NCBI GenBank assembly: GCA_043228905.1
Contig: JBHGNT010000001.1
Span: 8,370,001 to 8,434,000 of the forward strand
DNA from: Azolla caroliniana
Taxonomy: Eukaryota; Plantae; Polypodiophyta
Length of the DNA stretch: 64,000 nt
Direction of reading: 5' to 3'
The notes under the pieces: generated by a model
What the model saw: the letters and a program-made list of their open reading frames with translations, nothing else
Database searches by the model: none
What the model was told of the DNA's origin: nothing
Made by a program: the position numbers and the translations under genes
Part shown: positions 1 to 10,505 of the stretch, piece by piece
Layout of the letters: every line of letters starts with the position of its first letter
How positions within the stretch are numbered: position 1 is the first letter of the stretch

Positions 1-650
1 GCATCCTCCATAGCTTTCTTCATTCCCCCTGTTCCGAAATTTACCCGCAAGGGTCTTCTAGTCTCACTCGAGTAGATCATGTTACCATCCATGTATACGA
101 TATTTTGTCAAATGGCATCTCGAAGGCTCGAACAATCTCTTCTCGTGTGGTCCATGCTATCGCACCACACGCATCTAAAGGGTTCGTTTCCTTTGGGCCC
201 TCAACGATTCAAGTTGGCTAGCATGATCGTCTCGAACTTCTTTGCTAGTTCTTTGATGATGTCGTCGTCAATCTCGTCTATCCTTCATGTCCACGACTTT
301 CAAGAAGTATAAAGTCTTGTCCTCCTAAAGCAATACTTGGTTTGTATTGGGGAGAAAACTAAACATCTGGTTGAATTCGCCGTACACCCGTGAGGCGCTC
401 ATCTTCTTATTCTTCTTCTCTATCCACTTCATCAGGGCATGTCGAGTCATCCTCGTCGAGTCTTCCATCGTGAACTCCATTAATATCGCTTTCTCAAACT
501 CGTAACATGTAGTCTTACCTTCTTAAATATCAATGACACGTCTTTGGATGTTGTTGGCGACCACTCACTTGAAACTTGTGATTTTCCGCGCTTCAGACAC
601 ATCCCTTTGATTCATCTCCCTTTTGTATGCGTCAAGGAACTTTGTAATGT

Positions 651-1393
651 TATCGTGTAGTTCCGCTCACGCGGGAGAAACTAAGGCGGGACCGCGGGGG
701 TCTTGGACCGAGGGGTTTAAGAGATCAAAAGGGAGAGAGAGCGATACGCGAGCGTATCGCCGGCTAGGCCTGCTCGTTGCCGACAGTGTTACTAGCCGAA
801 TAGGACCTGAACGGGTATAGTCTCCGAACCTGATACACGCTCACCGGACAAGGTAGAGGGAACTCACGAGAACACAAGAGAGAGAAAACAGAAGTTTGAA
901 TTCAATAACTAGCAATGTTACAATGTATGCAAGATTACAACCGGCAACAGATCCAACACAGAGAACCCACGCACACACACGCAACACAAAGAACGCACGA
1001 TGGAGCCTCTGCTAGAAGCATGCGGGCTTACACGCATCAGAGGCAACCGACCCAGAAACAAAGTGGAGAGCAACGATAGAGGAGGAGAGAGCTCGATACA
1101 CAGTCCGACAGCACCTCGTCCTCGCCAAAACACGATTCTTTCTTCTTCTTCTCCCGCCCTTTTATAGGTCGCCGAGGAGGCCGTTACATCAAAACACGTC
1201 AACTTTATTCTCTGTCCCCTCGGACAAAGATACGCATCGATTTCCTAGCTAATAAATATGTCATACCTAGTATATTTACATCAACGTCCTATTCCTAGTC
1301 ATGTACAATGTATCAATTCACACACACTCGTGCAAGGGTGGGTTCACGCCTTTAATTCCTTGATTCCTTTTAGGAACGGTTTTCTTCATGACA
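651..1393 (-). repeat. 3' LTR of the nested element
   Basis: Starts TATCGTGTAG, ends CATGACA; closely similar along its length to 2421-3170; adjacent to the PPT. Confidence 0.9.
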
Positions 1394-2420
1394 TCCATCC
1401 CCACCAAACCGCGCATCCACTGATATGCGCCAGACACTAACAATTGCTGGAGAAGACCGGCCCGTAATCATCCGTCACTTCCCGAATCCTGGTCTGCTCC
1501 GAACCGGTCGTCGTCATCGGTCATGCTTCCCGGGTCCGGCTCGTCCTCATGTTGCTTCTTGAACGCCTTGATCCGCTTCCCGACCTGTCCATCGCACGCG
1601 CGTACCAGTGCCTTCACGATCGGCCCGTTCCGCGTTCTACCTTCTTGTTGGCCTCCGGATTGTATGTTGTGGTTAGAGAGAGCTTGACCCCTAGCCAGTC
1701 GAACAACTCCCCAGCTTCTTGCACGTTCAGCTCTCCTCGGTCCGCCATGATCTTCCCTACGCACCCGTACCAGCATACTACCTCTTCGATCAGAAACCGG
1801 CACGCTGCCGAAGTCGTCTTGTTCTGCAGTGTGCGGCCCTCCACCTGGTTCGTCAAGTCCTCCCGCGCAAGCACCAGGTACCGCATCTGCCCTTCCCCCA
1901 TCGACATTGTCACTAAGTCTACCATCCACTTGAAATGGACAGTTGGCAGGTAGGTCGGGTGTAGCTCATCTCGATGTCGGACTGTGGAGTGCAGCTAACA
2001 GCTTTCGCACGTCGTCACGAACTGGTACACATCCCGATACAACCCCGACCACCAATATTTCTCTTTTAGTTTCTCGAACGTGGCCCATGTCCCACGGTGT
2101 CTGGCATCCAGCTTGTACCTCAAGCACCTCTGCATGAATGCTTGGCGTTGCCACCCGAGGGAAATCGGCAAACCGCCTATCTTCCGGAATGTCCCTCATC
2201 ACCATTTCGGCCCGGTAGGCCTCCAAATAACTCGTGGCGTTCTTACCATTAAACCGGCCTATCGTGCCGACAATCGCTTCAATGGCCCTGTCAAGGGCGC
2301 ATGTGCCCTTGCGAGCGCTTATTATCCGATCAACCGTTGCCACCATGGCTTCAGCGAGCTCCGATCCCCTCATCTTCAACTCCTCTACCGCCTTGTTTCA
2401 CGTCGAGTTCACCTACTTAA

Positions 2421-3170
2421 TGTTATGTAGTTCCACTCATGCGGGAGAAACTAAGGCGAGACCGCAGGGGTCTTGGACCAAGAGGTTTAAGAGATCAAAA
2501 GGGAGAGAGAGAGAGATACGCAAGCGTATCGCCGGCTAGGCATGCTCGTTGTCGACAATGTTACTGGCCGAATAAGACCTGAACGCGTATAGTCTCCAAA
2601 CCTGATACACGCTCACCGAACAAGGCAGAGGGAACTCACGGGAACACAAGAGAGAGAAAACAAACGTTTGAATTCAATAACTAGCAAGGTTACAATGTAT
2701 GCAAGAATACAACCGGCAAGCCGACAACAGACCCAACACAGAGAACCCATGCACACACACGCAACACAGAGAACGCACGATGAAGCCTCAGCTTGAAGCA
2801 CGCGGGCTTACATGCAGCATAGGTAATCGACCAAGAAATAGAGTGGAGAGCAACGATAGAGGAGGAGAGAACTCGATACCCAGTCCGTCAGCACCTCGTC
2901 CTCGCCAAAACATGATTCCTTCTTCTTCTTCTCCCCCCCCTTTTATAGGTCGCCGAGGAGGCCGTTACATCAAAACACATCAACTTTATTCTCTGTCCCC
3001 TTGGACAGAGATAACATCAATTTCCTAGCTAATAAATATGTCATACCTAGTATATTTACATCAGTCGTCCTATTCCTCGTTATGTACAATGTATCAATTC
3101 CCACACACTCATGCAAGGGCGGGTTTGCGCCTTTAATTCCTTGATTCCTCTTAGGGCCAGTTTCACGACA
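2421..3170 (-). repeat. 5' LTR of the nested element
   Basis: Starts TGTTATGTAG, ends CACGACA; adjacent to the PBS. Confidence 0.9.
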
Positions 3171-3365
3171 ACGTTCCTTCCATCAAATTGACCCTCGAGC
3201 TCTACGACGCGGTCGACGGCCTTCTCCACGCTCGCATCATTGTCTCGAGATCTCATCATTTGTTCAACGATTATCATCATCATTTCGAACTCTCCCGCTT
3301 GATTGCTTGAGGACGCCATCTCCAAGTATCGGTTGATCCTCGACCTGATCCTTCCTACCACCTCT

Positions 3366-3383
3366 TTCACGTCGGGTTCACCA
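3366..3383 (-). promoter_or_regulatory. Primer-binding site complementary to the tRNA-Trp 3' end
   Basis: Plus strand TTCACGTCGGGTTCACCA equals the 3' end of plant cytosolic tRNA-Trp(CCA) plus CCA (recalled sequence). It lies just inside the LTR that starts at 3392. Confidence 0.85.
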
Positions 3384-5276
3384 CTTAATTATGTCGTGAA
3401 GATCTGTCACTAGGTGTGGATCGTGAGGTGGAACCACCGGGGTCCTGGACGGAAGGATTCGAAGTTTGCACTAGCTTTAGTGAGAATGTATTTAAGATAC
3501 ATTGAAAGAGAGAGAGAGATTAAGATAAAGATTGAACGCTTGACTTTAGATTTCAGAGACAAGATATGTCAATAGGATAATGAGTTTTCTTATTATTTTC
3601 CCCCAAAATTTACATTCCAATTTTTTTTACCTTAGTTCCCACTTGCTTGAATCCTCCACTCTTTTATCGATGCCCCCATGCATATGGTGCATGTGAGGGT
3701 GCAAGACATTCACGGAATGCATGAAATGCATGCAATGCATGCTTGCCATGTCATCATCTAAGCTCTCATGTATAAGAATTACACATAAAAGTATAGTGAT
3801 AAAAAATATATACCTAAAGAAATGATTTGGCTTAATGGTAAGCCTATAGACTCTCAACTTGGAGGTGTGATGTTTAAGTCTTGCATACATCCCTTTTTAA
3901 AGCACAAAATACTATTAGCCTTTTGGTCTTATAATTACACCAAATATTTTTAAGACACCATGCACCGCGATCAACCGATACGTTCGATTTGCACCTGTTT
4001 GGTCTGCATCCCAAGTCGGTTCCGTCACCGGCCGGTCGCCGCATCGCTAGTCGATTCCGTCACAGGTTGCCTCGCCGGCTACCGCCAGTCCGGTTTTGGT
4101 TGGCCAAAACCTTTGTAATTACCTAGGCCACACCCATTCATTTGATTAACTTAGTTCAAGTCACCTTGAACTCTCTATGCTCCACACATAGACACAAAAT
4201 AATAGCTTTTGGCTTTGCTTTATATGTTGTAGGATCTTTGTTTGTCCTATCTATGTGCAACATCTCACAGGTTTCTTTTTCTTTTTTCGCAACTTCATAC
4301 CCACATAACTTTACACTTAGTTGATCGTTTGTTATGTAGCAAAGTGCATTTGAAAGCTCTTCAAGACCTCTATCTTTTTGTACCAAGATATTAAACTTAT
4401 TTAAAATAGTATCTTTACTATTATTGTTTTATATTTCGTGAGAAGAACCACACTCGATTTCATATGTTCCTCACAAGTTTCACACTTTCGCCGAAAATCT
4501 TCACGATAGCGGAAATCTGCAAGTGTCGAAAAGGGGCGGGAGGCGGGACCACAAGGGTCTTGGACTAGGGAGTAAGAGGAGGGAGAGAAGCTTGGGAGTT
4601 CAACCGAGAAGGAAGAGAAAGATTAATATTCATGAGAATAAGATCCAAACAAGACAAGATACATTATGGAAAGCACCACACCAATTACAATTGTGGCCGT
4701 GTAGGCCAAATGTAAACCCTCTAAATGAAACCCTAACCGAATAGGGAAAAAGAAGAAAAAGAAGAAAAAGAAAAGGACAAATGAAACCCCTAAAACGAGA
4801 TCCTAAAAGCCAAAATTCCAAAACCCAAATGATAACCCAAAGAAACCCAAAAAGTGGAAGCCCCTCAAAAATGGCCCCTTGCTCCCTTTTATAGTAGTAA
4901 GGGGTGAGGCACATTACATAAAGAACAGGTCAAACCCCTCTTCTTTCAATGGGGGAATATTTGGTCTTAATCTTAGGAGGAGAGATTGATGGGGCCTTAA
5001 CTCCCTCTCCTCACACACACAATTATACCCACTACTCACTACACCCGTACTTCATGTACTCTCCTGTTAGTCTACATGTGCATGTGCACAAAAGTGCACA
5101 TCACATTTACACTTTATTAATTTTCGTAGTGCACTTTTAACACCTTACATTTACCCTTCCTTTTTTACATTTTCTTCTTTTACAAATCTTCCAAGTGCAT
5201 GTGCAATGTTGCACATCCCCATTTTATCTATCCCACTTGATTTTCTCACCATGGCCGAAAATCCTTATGACAACGT

Positions 5277-5956
5277 TGTCGTGAAGAAAACCGGCCATAG
5301 GCAAATTCGGGCAAAAAGGCGCATGAACCAGCTCTTACACGGATGGACGCATGAATCGATATTTTGATATTGATTCGTAAATGGATCAACTGATGTAAAT
5401 ACTAAGTAGTGCACATTTATTAGGGGGGGATTGTGTGTATCTCTGTCAGAAGGGACAGGGAATAAAGCAATTTAACTAGGGAAAAGGGGCACCCCTTTTT
5501 GGGAACTATTTAAGGAGAGGAGAGAAGGAAGAGAAGGGGGGCGATCACGCGTTAAGCAGGACGAAGTGTTGCAGGACCGAGGGCCAAACTCTCTCTCCTC
5601 CTCCGACCGTCATTCTCTGTGGGTGCAAGGAGTTCGACACCTCTGCTTCGTGGGTAGCCCGTGCACTGCCAACAGAAGCTTTTTCTTTTTTTTTGCGTTT
5701 CTCTGGGTCCAGTGTGTTCCGTCTGTGTGTGTGAGTAGGGTTCCTGTGTCGGGCCCATCATCGCCTTGCCGGTTGTAACCGTCGTAGTTTGTAATCTCTT
5801 GTTATTGTTATCAAGTGTTCCGTTCTATATCTCTCCTTCTCGCTTCTGCGTGTCTGTGAATCTCTCCCTCTCTCTCTCCCTCTCTCTCTCTCGCTCCTCG
5901 GTCCAAGACCCCCGTGGTCCCGCCCCTTTTACATGCACGCGTGTAACAACGCGACA
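5277..5956 (+). mobile_element. Solo LTR (same gypsy lineage), opposite orientation
   Basis: TGTCGTG...CGCGACA termini; flanked by ACGT (5273-5276) and ACGT (5957-5960); carries the GTCCAAGACCCCCGTGGTCCC motif near 5901-5921. Confidence 0.88.
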
Positions 5957-6170
5957 ACGTAACCCCTCATGAGAAGTTTTTCAAAAAAAAACCGGATCTA
6001 TCACATATCCGTATATTCGGCTCAATCGCCTACGTGCATATTCCCGACAAAAATCGACAAAAGCTCAACCCGAAGTCGGAGAAATTTATCCTCGTAGAGT
6101 ACTCACTCGAACAAAAGGGGTACAAATGTTACAATCCATCTACCAAAAAAGTTCGAGTAAGTCAAAACGT

Positions 6171-8018
6171 TGTTGTGAAGTACGAAAGCTTCACATTAAA
6201 AGTATAGAAAAAGATAAATACGTAACTAAAATAAAATATATCTTGATATTGTTTTATAAAGGTAATATTAAAAACACACTATGATAATATTATACACTAT
6301 ATGTAGAGGCAAATAGAACATATATATTATGTTACATGGACAATAGAGGACTTGAACCAATAACCCCCACCTTATGACTTTGAAACTTTACCATTTACCC
6401 GATAATTGTAGTAAGTAAACTATATGTCTTGTTTTATTTCAAGTAATATCGGGTTGAAATCCTAAAACATATAATGTACTACATGTGCACCATATATTGT
6501 ATTACATGGGCAAAAGAAGACTTGAACCAACAACCTCCATATTATGAACCTCAAAGCCTACCATTTAGCCAATACTCATTATATGTATAAAGCAAAATGT
6601 GTTGTTTTATTTGAAGTAGCATTGCATAGTCTAAACCATGTAATGTACTACATGTGGGCCATATGTCACACATGCAAAGAGGGCTCTTGCATGTGTGACA
6701 TATGGCCCACATGCAAAACCATCCCCTTCCTATAAAAGGAGAAGGGAGTGTAGTCACAGGGATATCAAGGAATCGATCAATATCAAAAGAACTATATTAT
6801 ATATATCAATAGAATCAAATAGAGTTATGTTGTAAGAGATGTCACAATAGAGAAAGAAGAAAAGGTCAATATACAAGGGAAGCTCTAAGTTGGCGGTTGT
6901 GGTGCTCAACTCTCAACAAAAAGGGTGGAGGTTCGAGTCTTATCTCATTGAAAGATAGAAGAGAAGATTGTAGTCTACTATCAAGAAAGAGAAGACCGAT
7001 AGAAGCAAAGATTGTGCTCTACCTTGTGAGACAAAGTTCGAATTCAACAACACTCGCAACTATTTTCTAAGTCTTTCATCAAATAATTATAAATCTCTTT
7101 TATTGCTTCAATTATCATTCTATATCCTATCTTGTCATATCTTGTTGATCACTATTTATCTATTTCTACTCTTTCATCTCTTCCGTCCAAAATCCCAGTG
7201 ATTCCTTCCTCACTTTCACGTTGTCGTGCCTTTCGGCGCCGGATCGTTGCGTGAGTCGGGTGGGAACTGCTGGGGTTTTGGACTAGGAAGAGGAGAGTTT
7301 TAAGGCTAATAAGAATATAAATATGTTGTAAGAAAGAATTATAGCAAACTCGTGAATCCCACGAGTGTATTGTATTAGATTAATCAATATGAATATAAGA
7401 ATATAAATTTGGGTTGAAAGAGAATGATATAGAATCCTCGTGAATCCCACGAGTATAGTTTATTAATTGGTGTTTTAGGAAATATATCCAATTTCCAACT
7501 ATTCCACCCCCATTACATTGTGCTCCTCATCCTTATATAGAGATGAGAGAATCTTTTCCAACCCATGCGTTTTCTCTAACTATAGACTCTATGTTTTTTC
7601 TATAGATAGACTATATGCTTTATCTAAAGTGATCATGCTTTTTCTAACTTGTGCGTTTTTTATCAACTATAGCGTTTATGCACGCTAGATGTGCATGCGT
7701 AGCTTTTTCTTTTAGCATGCGTTTTCTTTTAACTAAAGTTTATCCTAGGTGAACTAACCTTTCTATGTGGAACATTTATTTTTTAATATTGATGAAATGT
7801 TAGTGCAATGGTAAGACATTACATTATTAACATGGAGGTGCAAGGTTTAAATCTTGCCCTATGCATGTAATGCTAATTTTGATATTTTCTTCTTTTTTTC
7901 TTCATATTTATTCAATCGGTTATTTTATATTATTTTCACGTAGTGTACGAAATACACTACGACAACGTTATCTTCTGTCTATGCAATGCTACGCTTCTAG
8001 GCAAGCCACGCCACGACA
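6171..8018 (+). mobile_element. Solo LTR (gypsy lineage) inserted in the copia integrase; itself interrupted by 7222-7964
   Basis: TGTTGTG...CACGACA termini; TSD ACGT(6167-6170)/ACAT(8019-8022). Removing it restores the copia SQNVVFDE. TATA-like CCTATAAAAGG at ~6729. Confidence 0.87.
7222..7964 (-). mobile_element. Solo LTR nested within the 6171-8018 solo LTR
   Basis: TGTCGTG...TACGACA termini; ACGT on both sides (7218-7221, 7965-7968); GGGAACTGCTGGGGTTTTGGAC motif at ~7262. Confidence 0.88.
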
Positions 8019-10199
8019 ACATCGTTTTCGACGAGTCAACATCCTGGTACGAACTAGAGAGGACTTCGATTTCGACTCCAGTCGACACAGAATTGGCCGA
8101 ACAAGAGATAGAAGGAGAAGTTCGACTAAGGCGCATGTTCGAAGAAAGTCCAATTACGACAAGGCTGCGTGGACCACAATAGCCCCCGAGTGACCAAAAC
8201 ACATCTCAACCGAGTTCGAAGCTAGACAAAGGGAAGGCCAAAATGCTAGAATACAACGATCTGATCGACAATGAGTTAACTCACTCCCTTGATAGTGAGT
8301 TCGAAGGCCTTGACATCCCAATCATCCGCAGAAATGGAGCGAAGAAAGCATTAGCCTCAACAAATGAGAAGCGTTGTCGCTCCACCTGAGAGAAAAACCA
8401 TGTCAGCCGATTCAGCTACGATGAGTATATGGCATACTATTATGCCTTTATGATGAAGGTGGCGACAGTCCAAGAACCGGAAACCTTTTCTGAGGCAGCC
8501 AAAGATCCATGATGGATTGAAGCCATGAATGAAGAAATGCAAGATCTAAGCAAAAATGAGACATTGGATCTCGTCCCACTACTCGCCACAAAAGAAAACG
8601 ATCGGTTGCAGGTGGATATACAAGGTAAAATACAATGTCGACGGTTCGGTAAATCGGTATAAGGCGTGATTCGTAGCTAAGGGATACGCTCAAACGCACG
8701 AGATCGATTATGAGGAGACCTTTGCCCCGATGACAAAGATGACGATTGTTCTGACAGTCATCGCCCTTGCAGCTGCAAAAGGGTGGCACCTCCACCAAAT
8801 GGATGTAAAGAACACCTTCCTACAAGGCGTAGAAGAGGAGGTCTTCATGATTCAACCACCCGATTTTGAATCGAGCAAACACCCGGAAGTAGTCTACCGA
8901 CTCATGAAGCCTTTATACGGTCTCAAGCAAGCACCACGTGCTTGGCATTTGAAGATCATCCAGTATCTTCACCAAATTGGATTTCGAATGTTGAGATCGG
9001 ACAACTCCCTATACATCTGAAACGAGTCAAGTAACGCGATTGTCATAATCTTGTACATGGATGATCTGGTCATTAGAGGAAAGGATCTCGTGGAGATTAA
9101 TAAGGTCAAATCGCTCCTATCCAACCGATTCAAAATGAAGGATATGCCCGAGCTCTATTACTTCCTCATTATCGAAGTAATTCAGACACCAATTGGGATC
9201 CCGATCTCTCAACGGCACTACATTCTCAACTTGCTCTACAAGTTCAGGATGACTAAGTGCAAAGTTGTGTCTATCCCTCTTGATCGAAATCTCAAGCTCG
9301 ATGCTGATTCGGGAACAAAAGATTGTAAACTAACTCAATATCGTCAACTGATCGACAACTTAATCTACCTTACCATCACATGACCCGACCTCAACTATTC
9401 GGTCGGTCTACTTAGCCAATTCATGCAGAACCCTCAAAGTGTTCATCTCCATTGCGCTACGAGAGTACTTTGGTATATCCATGGGACGATGAATTTCGGC
9501 ATCATGTATAAGTCAGATACAATCATTCGACTCGAAGGATACACAATGCAGACTGGGTCGGGTCCAAAGCTAATCCACATCCGGATTCGTCTTTTCCCTC
9601 GGCAGTGGAGCGATCTCCTAGAGTAGTAAGAAGCAGTTGACAATCGCATTGTCAAGCACAGAGGCTGAATACTAAGGAGCGGCAGTCGCCTCATGCGAGG
9701 CAGTCTCGCTGAAACGCATATTGAAAGATCTGGGCGTTCCTATCAAGGATTTGATTATCTTATACTGCAACAACATGAGCAGTATCTACCTGGCTCGGAA
9801 CCTCATGTTCCACGAGCGGACTAACCATATCGAAGTGCACTACCACTTCATTAGGGAGTGCGTTCAGGCTGGATATGTTGACCTACAATATATCACCACG
9901 AACCGTCAGGTTGCCGACATATTCACAAAATCCTTAGGAGTCGACAAGGTCGGACAATTTACATCGGACCTTGGTCTGACGATATCTGCATTGCCAAGGT
10001 TGAGGGGGAGTACCGAATAATAATAGCCCATCGGCCGATTGATGCCAATCAGATGAGTCGAAGTATAATGATAATCGAGTCGAACAAGGAGCACGAAGCA
10101 ATAGCACAACATTGGTGCAACAGAGCCAAACAATCGAATCAACTCGAAAGCCAAAGCCAATTCAGCCTTCGGCATCCGGATATTGTGTTGGAAGGGGCG

Positions 10200-10385
10200 T
10201 GTTGAGAATCGAACTCAACTTCCCATAGAGACAGTGTTCACACTAGTCAGTGGACATCGTACTAGGCTAGTTTTGTAATTAGTAGAAAGGGCACTTGTCC
10301 TAGATCAACTAGTATTTAAACCAACTCTTTGTAACTTAGTTACTGTTGGATGTAATTTATCTTTTTACTAATACAACTTCTTGTT

Positions 10386-10426
<41 letters not shown>

Positions 10427-10505
10427 GTCTTATATGCACACACATAGCTCGCTTCTGTTGTACAACACCACCTACATCTCACACTCTTTACAGGTGGCTA
10501 CTCCA
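10200..10505 (+). repeat. 3' LTR of the copia element
   Basis: Begins TGTTGAG straight after the purine tract GGAAGGGGCG and contains (CT)n. It ends ...CTCCA where the LINE RT reading (KQQQQDLVILFLDFEKAYD) resumes. The right end is approximate. Confidence 0.65.

Larger units (their letters stand above)
651..3170 (-). mobile_element. Non-autonomous (internally deleted) gypsy LTR element nested in the gag of the outer element
   Basis: Two ~745-bp direct repeats (651-1393, 2421-3170). PPT-like GGTTTGGTGGGGATGGA (minus strand) at 1394-1410 and a degenerate Trp-PBS at ~2397-2415. The ~1-kb internal region has a gag N-terminus (GRFNGKNATSYLEAY) and an integrase-core fragment (LVLAREDLTNQVEGR...YNPEANKKVERG). 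TSD is ATGT(647-650)/ACGT(3171-3174). Confidence 0.9.
1..5272 (-). mobile_element. Ty3/gypsy LTR retrotransposon (outer element; gag 5' part, PBS and 5' LTR region; runs off the left edge), degenerate
   Basis: Minus-strand gag reads GQFDGRNV|TKFLDAYKREM across the 651-3170 insertion. CCHC knuckle CVWCDSMDHTRRDC at ~130-180 and an LRVNFGTRGMKK motif at ~10-55. PBS at 3366-3383. LTR-like sequence spans 3392-5272, ends ...TATGACA and is followed by ACGT. Confidence 0.8.
5957..10505 (+). mobile_element. Ty1/copia LTR retrotransposon, 3' half (integrase C-terminus, RT, RNase H, 3' LTR), degenerate and interrupted
   Basis: TPHEKF..KKPDLSHIRIFGSIAYVHIP..QKGYKCYNP, then SQNV|VFDE split by the 6171-8018 insertion. 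RT motifs WIEAMNEEM, HQMDVKNTFL, LYGLKQAPRAW and YMDDL; RNase H HIEVHYHFIRE..ADIFTKSL. Several stops and frameshifts. Confidence 0.92.

Noticed and set aside
3366-3383. tRNA-Trp gene
   Set aside because: Only the 3'-terminal 18 nt including CCA match, and the site abuts an LTR; it is a PBS.
6345-6574. Functional tRNA-Met genes
   Set aside because: A/B boxes and a CAT loop are present, but I could not form a convincing acceptor stem or cloverleaf; reported as tRNA-like cassettes only.
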